DNA from: Chrysomallon squamiferum | Lineage: Eukaryota > Animalia > Mollusca | Direction: 5' to 3' | Length of the DNA: 64,000 nucleotides | Assembly: GCA_012295275.1 (NCBI GenBank) | Contig: CM022672.1 | Coordinates: forward strand, 12,400,001-12,464,000 | Part shown: in pieces, positions 1-14,657 of the stretch | Position numbering within the stretch: position 1 is the first letter of the stretch | Layout: every line of letters starts with the position of its first letter | Notes under the pieces: generated by a model | What the model was told of the DNA's origin: nothing | What the model saw: only the letters and a program-made list of their open reading frames with translations | Databases searched by the model: none | Translations under genes and position numbers: made by a program

Positions 1-626
1 GTTCATTATTACATTAAAACAAGAATTAGTCTTTTTTTTCATCTACCAAGAGCATTTAGCTTTTAGAAATTTAGAGTATATATATTATGTATGATAGTCA
101 TTAGGAAGATACTAGATCCATAAAAGATCTGAAATATTAATTAGTTTATAAGAAATGTATTTCTGCACATTTTAACAATATTTAGATATTGTAGTTTCAG
201 TAGGTATATTGTCTTTACAAGATAGTTTTTAATAATCACCAGAATTCATTTCATTTGTGTCAAATTAGTCAGCATCTTGTTTAAATGTTTTTTTGTAATA
301 TTACACCGAGAGACAAATATTTTTGCAATAAATCAGTTGTGCTCAATAATGTAAAAATGTAAATTTTTATATAACTAAATAACTTTAATAAGGCATGTTA
401 GATTAAGTCACTAGTGTATTCGTATTGTAATTTACTAACAATTTATGTTTAAAAATATTGTTGTTTGATAAATTGTATATATTAAAGATATTTATAATGA
501 ATTTCTTACATTTACTTTTATTCCATGTATTTTTTCACATAAATCCTTTCACTTTTATAATTCCTTGTTGTTATTTAAGGTGCCTATTTTTTCTTTTTTT
601 TTCTTCTGTTTTTTTAATATTTACAG

Positions 627-825
627 ATCTGGGAATATTGTGCAAATAAGTATCTTGAAATTGTTTGTTATTTTAAAAAAATACCTCCACAAAGTACTTG
701 TATGTAATTATATTTAATGAAATATCTGACCCTGAATGCATGTAGTATATGTACTCTTCTCTCTCATTTCTTTGTTTTAGAACATTGAGAATAAGGAAGC
801 AAGAAAACAAAATTGCAGATTGTGA
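627..825 (+). CDS. Possible last two exons of an unidentified gene entering from the left edge
   Basis: Polypyrimidine acceptors end at 626 (ttttacag) and 780 (tttgttttag). Splicing 627-662 to 781-825 gives IWEYCANKYLEI-NIENKEARKQNCRL*, and AATAAA follows at ~941. Frame and donor are uncertain, and no homolog was recognised. Confidence 0.3.
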
Positions 826-1468
826 GAAAATACATTTTACTAACCATGATTTTTACTTTGTAAATTGTTGGGGTTTTTTTGTTGTTTTTTAAAATATTAT
901 TCAAGTGTTTGTGAATGTTTTTTAAAATATTTTTATTGAAAATAAAATGATAAAATATCTAATAATTCCTTGCAGTGTTTTCTGTTTTACAAAACACTAA
1001 AACAACATTTTAAATAAATAAATATTTTAAAAAAGGAAAAATTATTTTGTCAAAACATATACATTGATACAGTCAAAACACCATTAAAAACACATGTACA
1101 AAAATTACTTTAAACATAATGAAAATTTATGAATGAATAGGTACAGTGATACATTATAATTGTCATATCTTTGACACTTTATGCAGAATGAAAAATGTAT
1201 CCAAAGGATAAAACCCTTTTTATTCATTATACTTCAGTAATCAGAGTCTGCAGTAAATTTTAATATCATACTCTTCCAAGTATTTTTTCTTCTAAACAGA
1301 TCAACATTTCCCTGAAGATGCAAACAAAAAAACACCTTCAAATGCTGCACATCTTTATTTTGAAGATGATACCTCCAGTACTGTTTGAAATCTATAAAGA
1401 ACATTTATGTGAAAATTCTTCAGTGTTTTACTGTTTCTTATCCAACAAGCCAAAATGTGATGTTTGAT

Positions 1469-3158
1469 TCAAACTTCATCTTCATTCAACAACATATTTG
1501 GTATTCCATTACTGATTGGAAATTTTCTTCCTGTCTCAGGACAAACAAGGTTTCCTTCAATAATCTCCACCTACAACAGATGTAATGATGATGAATAACT
1601 GCAATGACTAAAAGATGTACTAGCTGCATGCAATATAAAGATCATTTTTTCTTTCTAAAACGGGGCATAAACCTTAAAAAGATGTTTTGATGAAGATGTT
1701 GGCAGTAATTTAAAATCTGTCTAATAATAATTTTGTTTGACACGTTTCAGCAAATTATATTTCTGGTAATGGTCAAGTTCTGTAAACAATGGTAATGTTC
1801 ATTAAGGTCAGCTAATCTGCTAATTGGTAAATGTCTACAAATTAATTTTATTTTGTATTCCAGAATTATATAAAAATATTTTTGTTGCGAGTGTTTTATT
1901 TTTTCATAATCCTATATCAAAATCAGACACACTTATTGCACTGCACTGACAACGAGTATTTACCTGCATTAAAACATGGTGAGCCTTTTTAAGAAACTCT
2001 TCATTTTTTTCATAATCTGGAGTTACTTCTGAAGGTAAATCTTTGTCATGGCCAACCTGCACAAGAAATAAAATATAAATATATTATTCAGTGCCCAGTG
2101 AAATGTATTTTCATCTTTTTTAATGGATATTTTCAATTAGGATTTTGTATTTTTTTATTCCACTATTTTTAATTGTTTTTAACTTAATTATTATATCCAC
2201 AGTCATCCGAATTATTTTTTAATACCAAAAATCAAAGCATAACTGTATCAAATAATTTACATATTTGCTCAGTTTTACTGCACCTTTCTTTCAATTTTCA
2301 TATTATTATACAAGAAATATAATAAGAATAAATAATAATAATGTTTAGCATTAATATCTGAGTATGAAATATTACACTACTTATAACAATAATTTTAGTA
2401 AATTATAATAAATTGGAACTTACATCGCTTGCTGCTTTTGTTAATGCTGGCCAGTCTATTTTTGGAATCATGCGAGATATAAAGTCTGGATTAAAATCCT
2501 CTTCTTTCACCTCAATCTTATCAGCCTGAAAATAATTGAATCAGTGCAATAACTCAATCAAGTTAATAAAAAAGAATATTGTAATAAGACAATATTTATA
2601 ACATACACAATCTCATCATTTTTATATGACATATGCATCAAGGGAACCAAATAATGAATATTTTTCTTTGTTTGATATTAATACATGTATATCAAAGTCA
2701 TAAGATAATATTAGACTATTAATCTAAGTTATGTAATAATAATAATAATAATTGTGTTTTTCTATGAAATTTGTGTAATATTTTTTAAAATGTAATATGA
2801 ATAACCCCATTTTATATATTTATAAAAAATTAAAAAAAGAAAAAAGGAAACAGTATAATGAAAAGTTTGAAAATTAATCTTCTTATTATAATCGTACATG
2901 AAATAATGAATTGTTACATTATAAGAGATCTATTATTTTATATTTTATCGTGTAAACAAAATAAAGATAAATGATTCGCATCTTTTACGTTTCAGTCTTT
3001 TGCACGTGAAACAAAATATTAAAATGTAAAAAGAAAATAATTCTAAAATAAAAATAAAAATATAACATAGTAATGCATACAACAATGCCAAGAGGATATC
3101 CTTTTGAGACTCCTTTAATAATATTAGATGTTAGCATGTTATGAGTTAACAACTTCAT
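1469..3158 (-). CDS. TRMT112: Multifunctional methyltransferase subunit TRM112 (124 aa, 4 exons)
   Basis: Exons 3158-3081, 2525-2424, 2056-1964, 1570-1469, all GT-AG and in frame. Translation [26 protein letters not shown]...[15 protein letters not shown]...[25 protein letters not shown] matches the Trm112 family. Confidence 0.97.
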
Positions 3159-3802
3159 CTTTAAAATTTCTCGAGGGTCAGTTTGCGAAGAAATGAAATC
3201 ACGGATATACTAAAAGTCAAAACTATAAACGAATTCCACAACAATAAAATTAAAATCTATATTATTGAAAACTTTTTGTTGTATTATTATTAATATAACA
3301 TTTATGACAAATTATTTAAAGTGAAAGGACTGTAGTATATAAAATGGCCTGTTATATAATGAAATTTAATAAGTAAAATTGTACTGACGAAAGAAAAAAA
3401 GAAAAAGGAATTCTAAATTTGTAATAACCAACATGTCAGCTCACATTTTAACAGATTTATGGAAGCATAGTTAAATTTTAAATTCCGAAATTTATTTTCA
3501 TTTATATTGAGGGTAATACCTAATGACAAGGACTTATCTATGAGTATAACTTCTGCTATTTATTCACGATAAATTGAGATTACTTTATATATTAATGTTA
3601 GAATAATTTTATCGTGATCAATCATTCAATGTTTAAAAGGCGATAATGATTATTCAAAATATTTTTACTACTTTTGACTTTTAATTGCCATTATATTTCT
3701 TCTTTTCAGTGTATGAGAATAGTCAGAATGTCAAATGCATGCCATTATTCAAAATATTTTTCCTTCTTTTACTTATATTTCCTTTTCAAGAGAATAGTCA
3801 GA
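3159..3802. promoter_or_regulatory. Bidirectional promoter region between TRMT112 and POLR1H
   Basis: The two start codons diverge 644 bp apart, and CpGs are locally retained relative to the flanking gene bodies. Confidence 0.75.
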
Positions 3803-4033
3803 ATGTCAAAGAAAGGTGTATTTGAGACAGCTCTGGACTTTTGTGCCAACTGTGGCACTGTACTGCCTCTCCCAGGGACTGAAGATATGGTTACCTGCAA
3901 GAAATGTGGTTTTCAAATAGATGTCACAGGTGAGCGTAAACCATAAATTCTTATAAACATAATCTTTTACCAGTTAAATATGTTGAACTTTCAACAAAAA
4001 ATAAAAAAATAAAAAAAAGAAATAAATAAATAA

Positions 4034-4069
<36 letters not shown>

Positions 4070-5587
4070 CAATGTTTTAAAAAATATTTTGATGGCTTAA
4101 AATATGTTTCAAAGCTTGGCAGTAAAATGCCAGGGTATTACATGTAATAGAAGTCAAATCAGTTTTTTGAAGACCTATTATGTTTAAAATAATTTAGGTC
4201 TAAATTTAATGGGACATGTTTATTGAGAATTTTCTTTATCTTACACGGAGTTATAGCTGTCAGTTGTTAGGATTTGTCCATCTTTTATTAAAATTTTGAT
4301 CTCAAGTTAGACTTTTTCATGCTGACCTTGCTAGTATGATTAGTTATTTTATTAAGTTTTTAATGCATTAATGTTTTAATAATTTTGTTTCTTAACCTTG
4401 CAGAATTTCCCATCAAACTACTCCAGATGATCAATTAATGTTCTTTTGTGTTAATATATTTCAGAATTTGATGGAGTGGAAATTCACTCAAAAATAACAT
4501 TCAACAATCCAGAAAAAAAAGCTGCGCGCATTGAAGAAACAGATGACTTATCTGGGCCAACAGTATGTATTAAAATATATAAGTACCATACAGTAGTGTG
4601 CCTAAATGGACATATGTTAATAGTCATTTTACAAATACACACACACAGTATTCAGAATTTATTATCAATCTTATTACATGACTTATTTATATGGCTAACT
4701 CTACCTTTCAGTTTTTTTATTAAAACTGATGTGGAATATCTCATACTATTGTTTTTATTTTATTAAGTTTTGGGAGGTAATGTAGGCATTAATTTTTTGA
4801 TAGGTTGACAGAAAGTGTCCAATTTGTGGCAATGAAGGAATGGTATACTCAACTCGACAGACAAGATCAGCAGATGAAGGACAAACTGTTTTCTACACTT
4901 GTCCAAACTGCAGGTTAGTCATTTCAAAAATTACCTTTCTCTCAGTTATCTGGCCTATAATGTGTTAACAACTGATATCAGTTTTTCATGTATCTAATTT
5001 TCAGTATTGAAATGTAGCTGGTTTATGAATAGTGTAAAAGGGGCATCCCATTTATTTGATCCACTACTGTGAAAATAAAAATTAATGAATTTAAATTAAC
5101 ACTATATTTTAGTATATAAAAGTAAACATCATAAAAATCTTTAATATGGAAAACTTAGACATGTAGATGACATTCAGTAACTTTGTAAGCATTATTTAAA
5201 AAAACAATAATTGTGATGGACATATTTTGTTTTCTTTGATATATTAGAACATGGATAAAGTTACTGTGTAGAAGATATACCAGTGCAATATATAGTTATA
5301 GTTATTTATTTTATATAAAAAGTTTAATTAGATGTAATTTTTGTGTTGCATCAGTATTTCTACTATTTAATAAGATATCTTTATTAATCATTAATCATTT
5401 TATTATGTCAAGTCTTGTTCAATTTCTTTGCATGTCATTGCAAAATAAGCTAGTGATCTAATAAAATCATCCAGCTGAACAAATCATAATAAATTATGTT
5501 TAAAAAAGAAACAACATATTATGATGCATGATTACATAATTTGTTTGTTTTTTCCATTTTAGATTTCAAGATATTGAATACTCTTGA
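3803..5587 (+). CDS. POLR1H: RNA polymerase I subunit RPA12 (119 aa, 4 coding exons)
   Basis: Exons 3803-3929, 4465-4562, 4804-4913, 5563-5587. N-terminal Zn ribbon [12 protein letters not shown]...CKKC. C-terminal TFIIS-like ribbon CPIC...[18 protein letters not shown], ending RFQDIEYS*. Confidence 0.96.
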
Positions 5588-7448
5588 TACCATCTGATAA
5601 GCAGGATTTAATGTAAAGAGCAAGGTGAAAGAGAGATTATCTAATAGTCTGAATGTGATTTTTTTTAAAAACAAAAATAATATTCCATAACTTTGGACGG
5701 TAGGATCTTGAAATAACAGGTTTACTCTGTTTTTAAAATTAGAAGTCAAGTTATTCACAGGAAGTGATATAAGTCAGATAATAAGTTTATTCATCTTATT
5801 AACAATATAACAAAAATGTTTTTGTTTAACAGCTGTAGAAAAGGAACCTCTTAATGGTTAATGAAAAACATGATACTGTTCGATTGTTTGAATTGATTTT
5901 GATCAGGAGCCAAAAAAACAAAAATAGAAGTATTATAATATTAATTTTATTCATTTGATTTTTCATCATGATTAAAATAAATGAGTAAAACAAAATAATT
6001 TGCCTCTGTACAAACCTCGAGGTACAAAATAAATTAATGTAATTTAAAAACTCAAACTATACCATTGTCTCCAAAAAAATAAATAAATTCTAACTACACT
6101 GGCCATTACATTTACATGCTAAGTATGAACATTTTGTATAACTATTCTCCTGAGTTATATTCTTTTTCTTTTTAAAAATGAAATTATTAAACATGAGAAG
6201 TAAAATTACATATTTATTCCTAAAAAGTAAAAATTATCCACTTTTTGTATCAACATCTTATAATAATAATAATTTTTTTAATGAAATGAAGTTCAACTTC
6301 AACTGCATGTAAAAAACTTGTATTAAATACATTAAATGTGACCTTGGTGATTTTATATTTTATCAAATGTCTACATATTTTGAAAATTTGTATAATAATT
6401 AGATTTCTCATTAGATTTTATATAGTAAAGGCTGTTTTGGAAATCATAGTACTGATCCAATACACTTTTCATGAGACAGAATTTAGAATTCAGACACAAA
6501 TGCCGGATTACATATTTATTTCATCATATCATTTTGATTATAGATCAGTGAAACCAAACAGAATAATAATTTGAAATTATAACACATTTGTAATTTCAGG
6601 TATTCTTTAAATTGTACTGTATGTGAAAAAACCCCAACAAACTAAAAGAACTAAATAAGTTCACATTCTTTGTTAAATTGTAATGGATGTAAAATAAATA
6701 TGTAGGCATTAAACATTTAAGGTCAGTTATAGAAGATGTATGAAAAACTCTGTACATATCTATCACAGTCTGTAGCTAATAAATCAGTAAAGAAATCTGT
6801 TGTGCCATAATAGGTAATGTTTAAATCAGATTTGGCATTCATGACTCTTTCTTCCACTGGAATGGAAGTTGATGTTCACAAAGCAATAAATTTAGTTCTA
6901 AATTAGCAATAAATTAATTCTGTCAGTTATATGAATTATATATAATGTTCTATCTAACAAACAAAATAATACTCAGCACTACCATAAAAGTAAAAAACAT
7001 GTTAATATTTATTTTATATCAACATAAAACAATGGTTAGAAAGGAATAAATTGAGAATATTAGTTTAAACATTATTCCACAGATGCAAACTGAATTATTA
7101 AAACATTAAAGCATATTGTTTCCAAATATATAAAAAAAAAATAAAGCTAATTTCTGTCAATAATTTATAAAAGGAAAATAATATGACTAGCATTATGGTT
7201 TGACCATACTAATTAGCTAATATAAATAATTTTAAGCCTATGGCTGAAATAAATAAATAAATAAATCCAAGTATTAATGGACATGTAAGACCTTTAAAAA
7301 AAAAACCAAAACTTTTAAGGTCATTTCTCAGATAACTGAAGCACTAATTTGTGACTTTAAACCAAAACACACTATTTTTCCAATGCTTAATATATTTTTA
7401 TCACAGTTTTGTTAACTTTTTACTGCTATAAATATATAACTGCCACTT

Positions 7449-7830
7449 TTACTGGATGCTACACAAAGTACTGTGCTTCTGATCAACTTCTTTCTTTTCC
7501 AGCTGCTGTCTTGCTCGTCTCTTGTTTGCTAATAGAAATAAACATGGAAAAGCAATGTTATGCTATGGTACCAGTGAATTAAATGATAATATCTTATTAG
7601 AATATATTTTTGTTTTTATTTTCTAAATTCAGATTGTTAAAAATCTTTTTCAAAATCTTCTCTGAAAAATATGAGACTTACCAATTTAAAGATACAAAGC
7701 AAGAGGTGCCTGATTAAAGACATATAAAAATTAGTTAGTGTAGATAAAAAATAACATTTAAAAGACATCCTTGGAAAAAATAAATATTAATCTACATAAC
7801 AAATATTTCTTTAAAAAGTTTAAGATTTCT

Positions 7831-7862
<32 letters not shown>

Positions 7863-10800
7863 CAAAATAATAATAATAATAATAATAACAGACAGCTATA
7901 AAAGCTGACAGTGTTTTGAACTGCAGAATGAATATCAGTATGAACTATTTTACCTTCCATGTAAACAGATCTGTCAAAATGGCCTGGTTCTAGAAGGAAA
8001 CTGAAACAAAACCAAAAACAAGTAGAAGAATTCTGATTGAAATTTGTAACATTTAAAATGATTACCAATATCTATGTAAAGGATTTATGTTTGTTTTTTT
8101 GTATTCTGTAAGTTGTAATTCTTTTATGGAATCTTTCTAACATTCTGCAGTTATTAACATTTATCAATTGCAATCCATTAATTAAAACATCTATAACATG
8201 TCAGTGGAATTTTATAAAGCATTTCCAAAATTTTTCAAAATGCTTGGCTGATTTATGCAGAATTAACAAAAATGCTGAAATATTTCTTTTTATTATACTT
8301 ACTGATCCTTTCCTGGTCTTATCAATGTTTCAAATACAGCAAAGACAGGTCTGTGATCAGACACCTCCATGCTTGTTACAGCATCATAGTATGCACAAGA
8401 AATGGCATTCTTTTTCTTACACCGGAACAAAATACGATCCTAAATGAACATTTTCAATATCATCAATCTTTCCTGTATATTACCAGTACTAATAAGAATT
8501 TTATTGTTCAGAAAATAAGAAACTGTTGTTTAAATATAGAAAAAAAGAAAGCAATCATTTTTAAAGAAAGAACAGTGTGTTATGTATGTGTATAATGTAA
8601 TGTATTGTATATAGCAAGTTAGGATAAACTACTGAATTTTTAAAAATATTTTAACAACTGTTCAAGATACAAAACAAAAACACTTACAGTATAGGACGGA
8701 ATTCTGCTTTTTGAAGATGTATCATATCTGTCTGAATTTACATCAAATTTGTAAGTTGGACTGAAATTAATTCTACCTTCCTGGAAGTTCAGGAATATTT
8801 TATCTGCAAGAAAATTTTAATATATATATATATATATATTAAAGCTAGAACCTTCCCCACCAAAAAAACAAGCTTTTCTGCTGGGTTATTTCAGAAATTG
8901 ATTGTAAGCAATAGCTTGAAAATTGATTAATATTAATGAATTATTATAAGAATAATTCTTTTTAAATACAATTTAATGCTAATTTTATAAATAATAGTAA
9001 GAAGAATGGATGTTTATGATGATAAATGAAATATAAACATACCCTCAATAAGCAGCTTGTTAAGTTGATCTCCTCCAAGAAGAGTTTCGAAGTTTGGAAA
9101 TTCCTGAGTTTTTATGTGCGTTACCAAACCTTCAACTGCCTTCCTTTTCCTTTCCAGTCGAAAATTTAAGTCGCCACACCAGTAAACACAGTCAAATCGT
9201 GATGTTACATCATCTGAAAATTCATGTTTTTTTAATACTGAGGAATAATTGTATAATATAATTATTAATATTTAAAATTACTGTATAATTTGAAAAATTC
9301 ACATTAAATACAAGGAACTTTTTGACAAAAATAATGAATATGTATATGGTTAATAGTCTGATTACTTCAGTTTATATATCTTCAGCCACATTAATGAAGG
9401 TATAGCCACTGAGTAATTCAGCTCAACTAACTAGGAGAATAGGAGTGACCCTTGATACACTATGATGATGACAATTTGCTGTAGTGAATATATTATTATC
9501 TTCAGTGATGAGTGGTCGGCTTGAAGTATGATATTAATCACCTTGGCGTGCTGATAATTATTTTCCTTCTTGGATACAATTTAAAAAAAACAAAAAAACT
9601 CAAAATGGTGTATGTTTGCCATTTTTTTTAAGACTGTGCTATTTGCTGGCTTTGTTTGTTCAGTGAAAATCATCTTTACTGTAAGGGTGAATGTGGCGAC
9701 TGGCTAACATAGCCCCTACACTAAAATGACTAAAAAAAATAGTTTTTTAATTTTTTAAAAATAAAATCTTGTAAAAGCAGTTTAAATACTTACTTTGACT
9801 TGAACTGGTAGGCGATAGTGACAGAGCTTTAGGCAGATTAATTCCAGTAATAACCTTTTTATAATCATTCAAACGTTCCTTCTTGCGCTTCATATCAGCT
9901 GAAAAATATAAAATAATATAAACTTCAACAATCTAAATATATATATAATTATATACTTTTTCCCAAATAACAAGATTTGTAGTTGTTTTAATTTTCAATA
10001 AACATTAATATTTAACAATGTACGTTCATTTTAAACACAGGCAAGTAATCTTTTTCTAACAAAAATATATATCAATGATACAGTTTTATGATCAAGGTGA
10101 ATGAACCCAATTACTATCAGACATGTAAATTAATATTTTGTTTGATTTTTTTACATATATATATTTGAGTAAGATTTATATAAAAATTAACTGCTCATAA
10201 ATTTTATTAAAATCAGAGACATATAAGAAAAAGTATCAAATATTCTGAACTTACCTGTAAAATGACAGTTAATAAACAGGAATGATGTTCCAAAAAATGT
10301 GAAGCATGAAGCAACAGCACCTTTTGTTTTAACCATTGTCACTGCTCTTGTAGACACTCGATCTTCTTCTGGGGCTGAGCAATGAAAACCAAAAGGAGTA
10401 CACATGATAGTATGAATCAATAGCCTAAAAATATTATGTATGCTTTCAAAATTTGTAGTATCATCGGTATTTGCGAAATCTATGTTATAATACAGGCTTC
10501 GTAGTTTCTCCTGTTAAAAGGCTCACACACACACACACACACAAAACACAGTATCAAGGTATCCTCAGTTTGTGAAGGACTTTTGGGCATCTTTTAACTG
10601 AAAGGAATCTTTCATTTTAATTTTATTCTTTAATATTATTAAATAAATAAATTACTTTATATTATACAAAATATATTTAGATTATTTGTTTATCTAACAT
10701 AAGATATAGCTATAATTTAGTACTAATAATACTGTTAGAAGTCTGGACACATTTTGTGACTTGAGGATAGATGTGAATGAAATGAAATTAAAACGTATAC

Positions 10801-13290
10801 ACTTCTGGTTTTTTATATGATTACATATTTTTATAGAGTCCATACCAGAACAAAACCAAATCAGATCTCTACGTATGAAAATGGCAAGATGTAATGCTCC
10901 ATGAGTGACTGAGTGGAACAAAACATGAGATGGACCTATTGTTTCCTGAAGTCTAATTTCCCATTCACGTCTGAAAATAAGAAAATAACATACTTTTGGG
11001 TCTTAAAATTTATTTCTGAAGATAAACACATTAACTGTGCTTGAATTATTATATTTAATACTAACACAGTTAAAAGTTAAAATATTAATTGTTAATGGAA
11101 AACCTGTTACAAAAGGTCATTTGAAACATAACATAAAAAAGATCAGAATGCATTTAAAACTCTTATATTATTTAATAGTATTAAAAATAAATTTAAAAAT
11201 AATAATAATAATTACGAATAAGTGAAACAAACGCATTAAAATATTTGTCTAACCTTTTGACAACTTCAAATTGGTCTTTATTTCTAAGTCTTAAAGTATA
11301 AAAAGTAGTAATTAACTATGTTATAAAAAATTACTTTGTCAATGCATTCTCCTGTGAACCAACACAGTAAATATCTTGTACATATTCACATGATTCAGGC
11401 AACAAGAAATCATTCAAACCTTTGGATGGAACATCCTGCAATGAAATTATTTTTATAACAGAAACTCTTTAAAAATGAACTAGTCTGAAATTAAGTGTTA
11501 GATGTTACTTAAAAATTGTGAAATCATTTTTAAACATAATGCTAAACAATCAGTGACTTTAAATTTGTTTCTTTTCTTTAATTCTTTATTTTACTTTGCT
11601 TTTCTTTTTTATTTCAAATATTGTGTCAACATCAACATAAAAGTTATAACCAGAAAATGAAACGAAATACTGCACTTTAATATATCAAACCTTAGTTTCA
11701 TTCATATTCCATGATCCAACAAAAACATGAACTTGTCTGTCAGGGAAATAGCGTTCCAGTTCATTTTGTCCAAGAAGAGATGTTGAGCTCATGCTACCAT
11801 TTAGGAAACTCCTAATAATTATAAATGGTTATTATTACTTGTATGTAACCCACATTTATAATTAATTTAAATATAAACTTAGCTTTGAATACTAACACAA
11901 TAAACTCTGAGGTAGCAAACTTTAGTTTATGTGTTTTGTGTGTAAATATACATAGCACTTATATACCCTTGAATAAGTATGAAACATTTTTTAAAATGTG
12001 GTTCATTTTCTTCTTCCACTGTCAAGAATGCTAATAAAAAATTAAATAGAAAAGCTTAACCTATGCAAATATGAAATACACTTTTCTGTTAATTATTCAC
12101 AGAAATCATTTTAAATATGGTGTGTTTCAAAACTATTCTCACCTTGATCTTGCTTCCTTTATGGTTATGGTTTGAAGAACACTTGAAGTTGCAAAAGATC
12201 TCTGTGACATATTGTCAGAGTTGCTTTGGGTCCCCATTTCTGAAACACTATTAGGAACAGTTCTGCCATAATACATGGAATCACTTTTGTAAGCTGTCCT
12301 TAAAACTTTGGAAGAAAAGCTGCTTGGAAGAGGTGGAGGTCGAGTATTTGGTGTCACTGGAGGCAAATATTTATTTGTTTTTTGGAGTATATCAGACTCA
12401 CTTAATACAGCACTATGGCTTCCATTTTTCCCTGATTCAAAGGGAAGATTATTTTGTTGAGATGAGTTATCTTCCACAATTTTACTGTATTCTTGAGAAA
12501 TGGCTTGGAGATCAGATACTGATCCTAGAGTTCCACACTGATTTGTTCCTTTATTAAATGAAGTTTCTTCAAGCTTTTTTAATTCTCTGGAAGAATCATG
12601 TGTGTTTTCTTGAGTCCTAGAATTGAAGGAAGTATTTCTGTCTTCCTTAGGATTGGTGGAAAACAAACTCTTTTTAAGATAAGAATCTGCCTCTTCTCCT
12701 GACGATGATGGATCACGGATCCTTTTCTCACCCTTTGATGAATTCCTTGATGAGCGTGGGGTTGTAGGTGGCTTTGGTACATAAGGGCTGCTTTTAACAG
12801 ATTCTACAGAATTTGACCTTTCTGTAGCCATTCTGAGATTTCGAAACCTGTGCATAGTTGAATCAGTCTGGGAACCTTTTAAATTGTCATTTTTCATGGA
12901 ACCATTTTTAGCTACAGTTAAATCCTCATCCACTTCCATTTCCACATTGGAAGCACCATTTCCAGTACTTCTGGCTCGTTTTCTTGGTTTGGGCATAGGC
13001 TTATCTCTGTGAATGCTAATTGGACTAGGATCTTTTGTTGAGCATTGAATAAATTCAAAATTTTCTAATTTCTTTTCAGAAGCTGCTCCTACTGCCTCAG
13101 AGTCACCTTTGGCCAAATGTTGTGATGAAGCATTGGGTTTCTGCACAGATGCTACTGACCCAAACTCACTATTTGCATCTGACAACAAAGCTTTTCTTTT
13201 TTTCTCAGCTAATTTTGCAAGGGTACTTTTTTTCTTTGGCCTCCTAGACGGTGTCACATGATGTGTATCATCAATTAGTGGCTCATCCAT
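7449..13290 (-). CDS. INPP5E: Phosphatidylinositol polyphosphate 5-phosphatase type IV / INPP5E (756 aa, 11 coding exons)
   Basis: Exons 13290-12143, 11811-11691, 11435-11335, 10970-10846, 10374-10255, 9898-9794, 9213-9043, 8803-8688, 8439-8303, 8000-7954, 7528-7449 (2271 nt). 5-phosphatase motifs [31 protein letters not shown]5E-type features are [17 protein letters not shown]-terminal CaaX CSIQ* and a long low-complexity N-terminus. Confidence 0.95.
9370..9730. repeat. Probable degenerate interspersed repeat (SINE-like) in an INPP5E intron
   Basis: A non-coding island richer in GC than the surrounding intron, ending in an A-rich tract. It resembles molluscan SINE central domains from memory only; unverified. 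Confidence 0.3.
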
Positions 13291-14139
13291 TTTTTTCAGA
13301 AAATTAGTCAATAAATTTGGTCATATCAATCAACTTCTAAAACCAGAATATAATTATTTTTATGTACATGAATGAAATATATATAAACTTTAATAAATTT
13401 ATTTTTTACAAACTACATTGATTTATACATTAATGATATTCATATTATTAAGCAATTGTCACAAAAACTGGTAAAACTAATATCTTTATATTAATAAGTA
13501 ACTATACACACCTATGGTTTAAAAAATAATGATGCTAACCAATCAAATTCAATTCGCTTTATCAGAGATTTGTAAAAGGTTTTGATGGTGTAATAAGGCT
13601 TGCTGCTAACCAGGAATATTAAAACTGACATGGATACTGATCGTCCATAATTAAAACTAATTTATTGATATAAATCATATAGTAAATATACTAATATCAT
13701 TAATAAACTACGACTGCTACTATTACTCTACTACTATTACTAATAATAATATCAGTTTATAATTTCTTAAATGTATTATGTTGTAGATCCAAATATATCA
13801 TATATAATTAAATATTAATGAACGTCTACACTAAGATAAGAAAGTTCAGTTTTAACAGACATTGAGACAAAAACAATTGTGTCCAGTAATAAATATTCAT
13901 TATATTAAATGAATTATTTTTGTCCATGCTTCCGAAAGAAAAGAAAAAGATTTATAAAAGAGACTTACTGGTGGACTTCATCGGGTACTGAGAGAATCAT
14001 CATTCATCAGTCATTCATTTAAGTTCAACATAAACATGTTTAGACCTATTTCAAGATCATGAACTGATGAAGATTTACTCATTTGTGAAAAACACATTAC
14101 GAATGAATTAAAACAAAGAGCCACAACGTAGTAAATTCA

Positions 14140-14300
14140 CTTACTATCCACCTAAAATAAATTTGTAGTTACTCTCATTTATTTCTGAATCCCCATTTGA
14201 GGTTAAAAGGATTTCTGATTTCAATATTATGATTAAGTTTTTCCGCCATGATGGAATGCTGTCTGCTACACTCATGCGCACACGATTTGCTGTAAATAAG
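14140..14300 (-). promoter_or_regulatory. INPP5E promoter / first non-coding exon region
   Basis: Minus-strand donors GTAAGT at ~14145 and ~13968, and an acceptor at ~13337 upstream of the ATG exon. YY1-like CCGCCAT at 14243-14249 and NRF1-like TGCGCA at 14275-14280. Confidence 0.55.
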
Positions 14301-14657
14301 TCTTCTATTATCGCTATAACATACAGAAACATCGTAAAGGAAATATGTTTAAAATGCTACCCGAAATATAAACATTTTCATTAAATATAGACCAAATTAC
14401 GAATTATGGAGAAATAGAAGAAATAATATGAAATTATTAAATGTCGCTACACATCAAATGTTCTCAGTTCTCAGTTCTCACTGTTCTGTTGTATATGTTT
14501 AGCTTACTGTATAGTACTACTACTAGTAGTAAACATTTCGCTACAGAACGATCTGCATTTGCTTGTTATAATCAACAGACTTATTTTCCTTGCATAGTAC
14601 TTGTCACTTTTACATCACAAGTAACAAACTAAACAATGAGAACATTACGGTTCAAAA

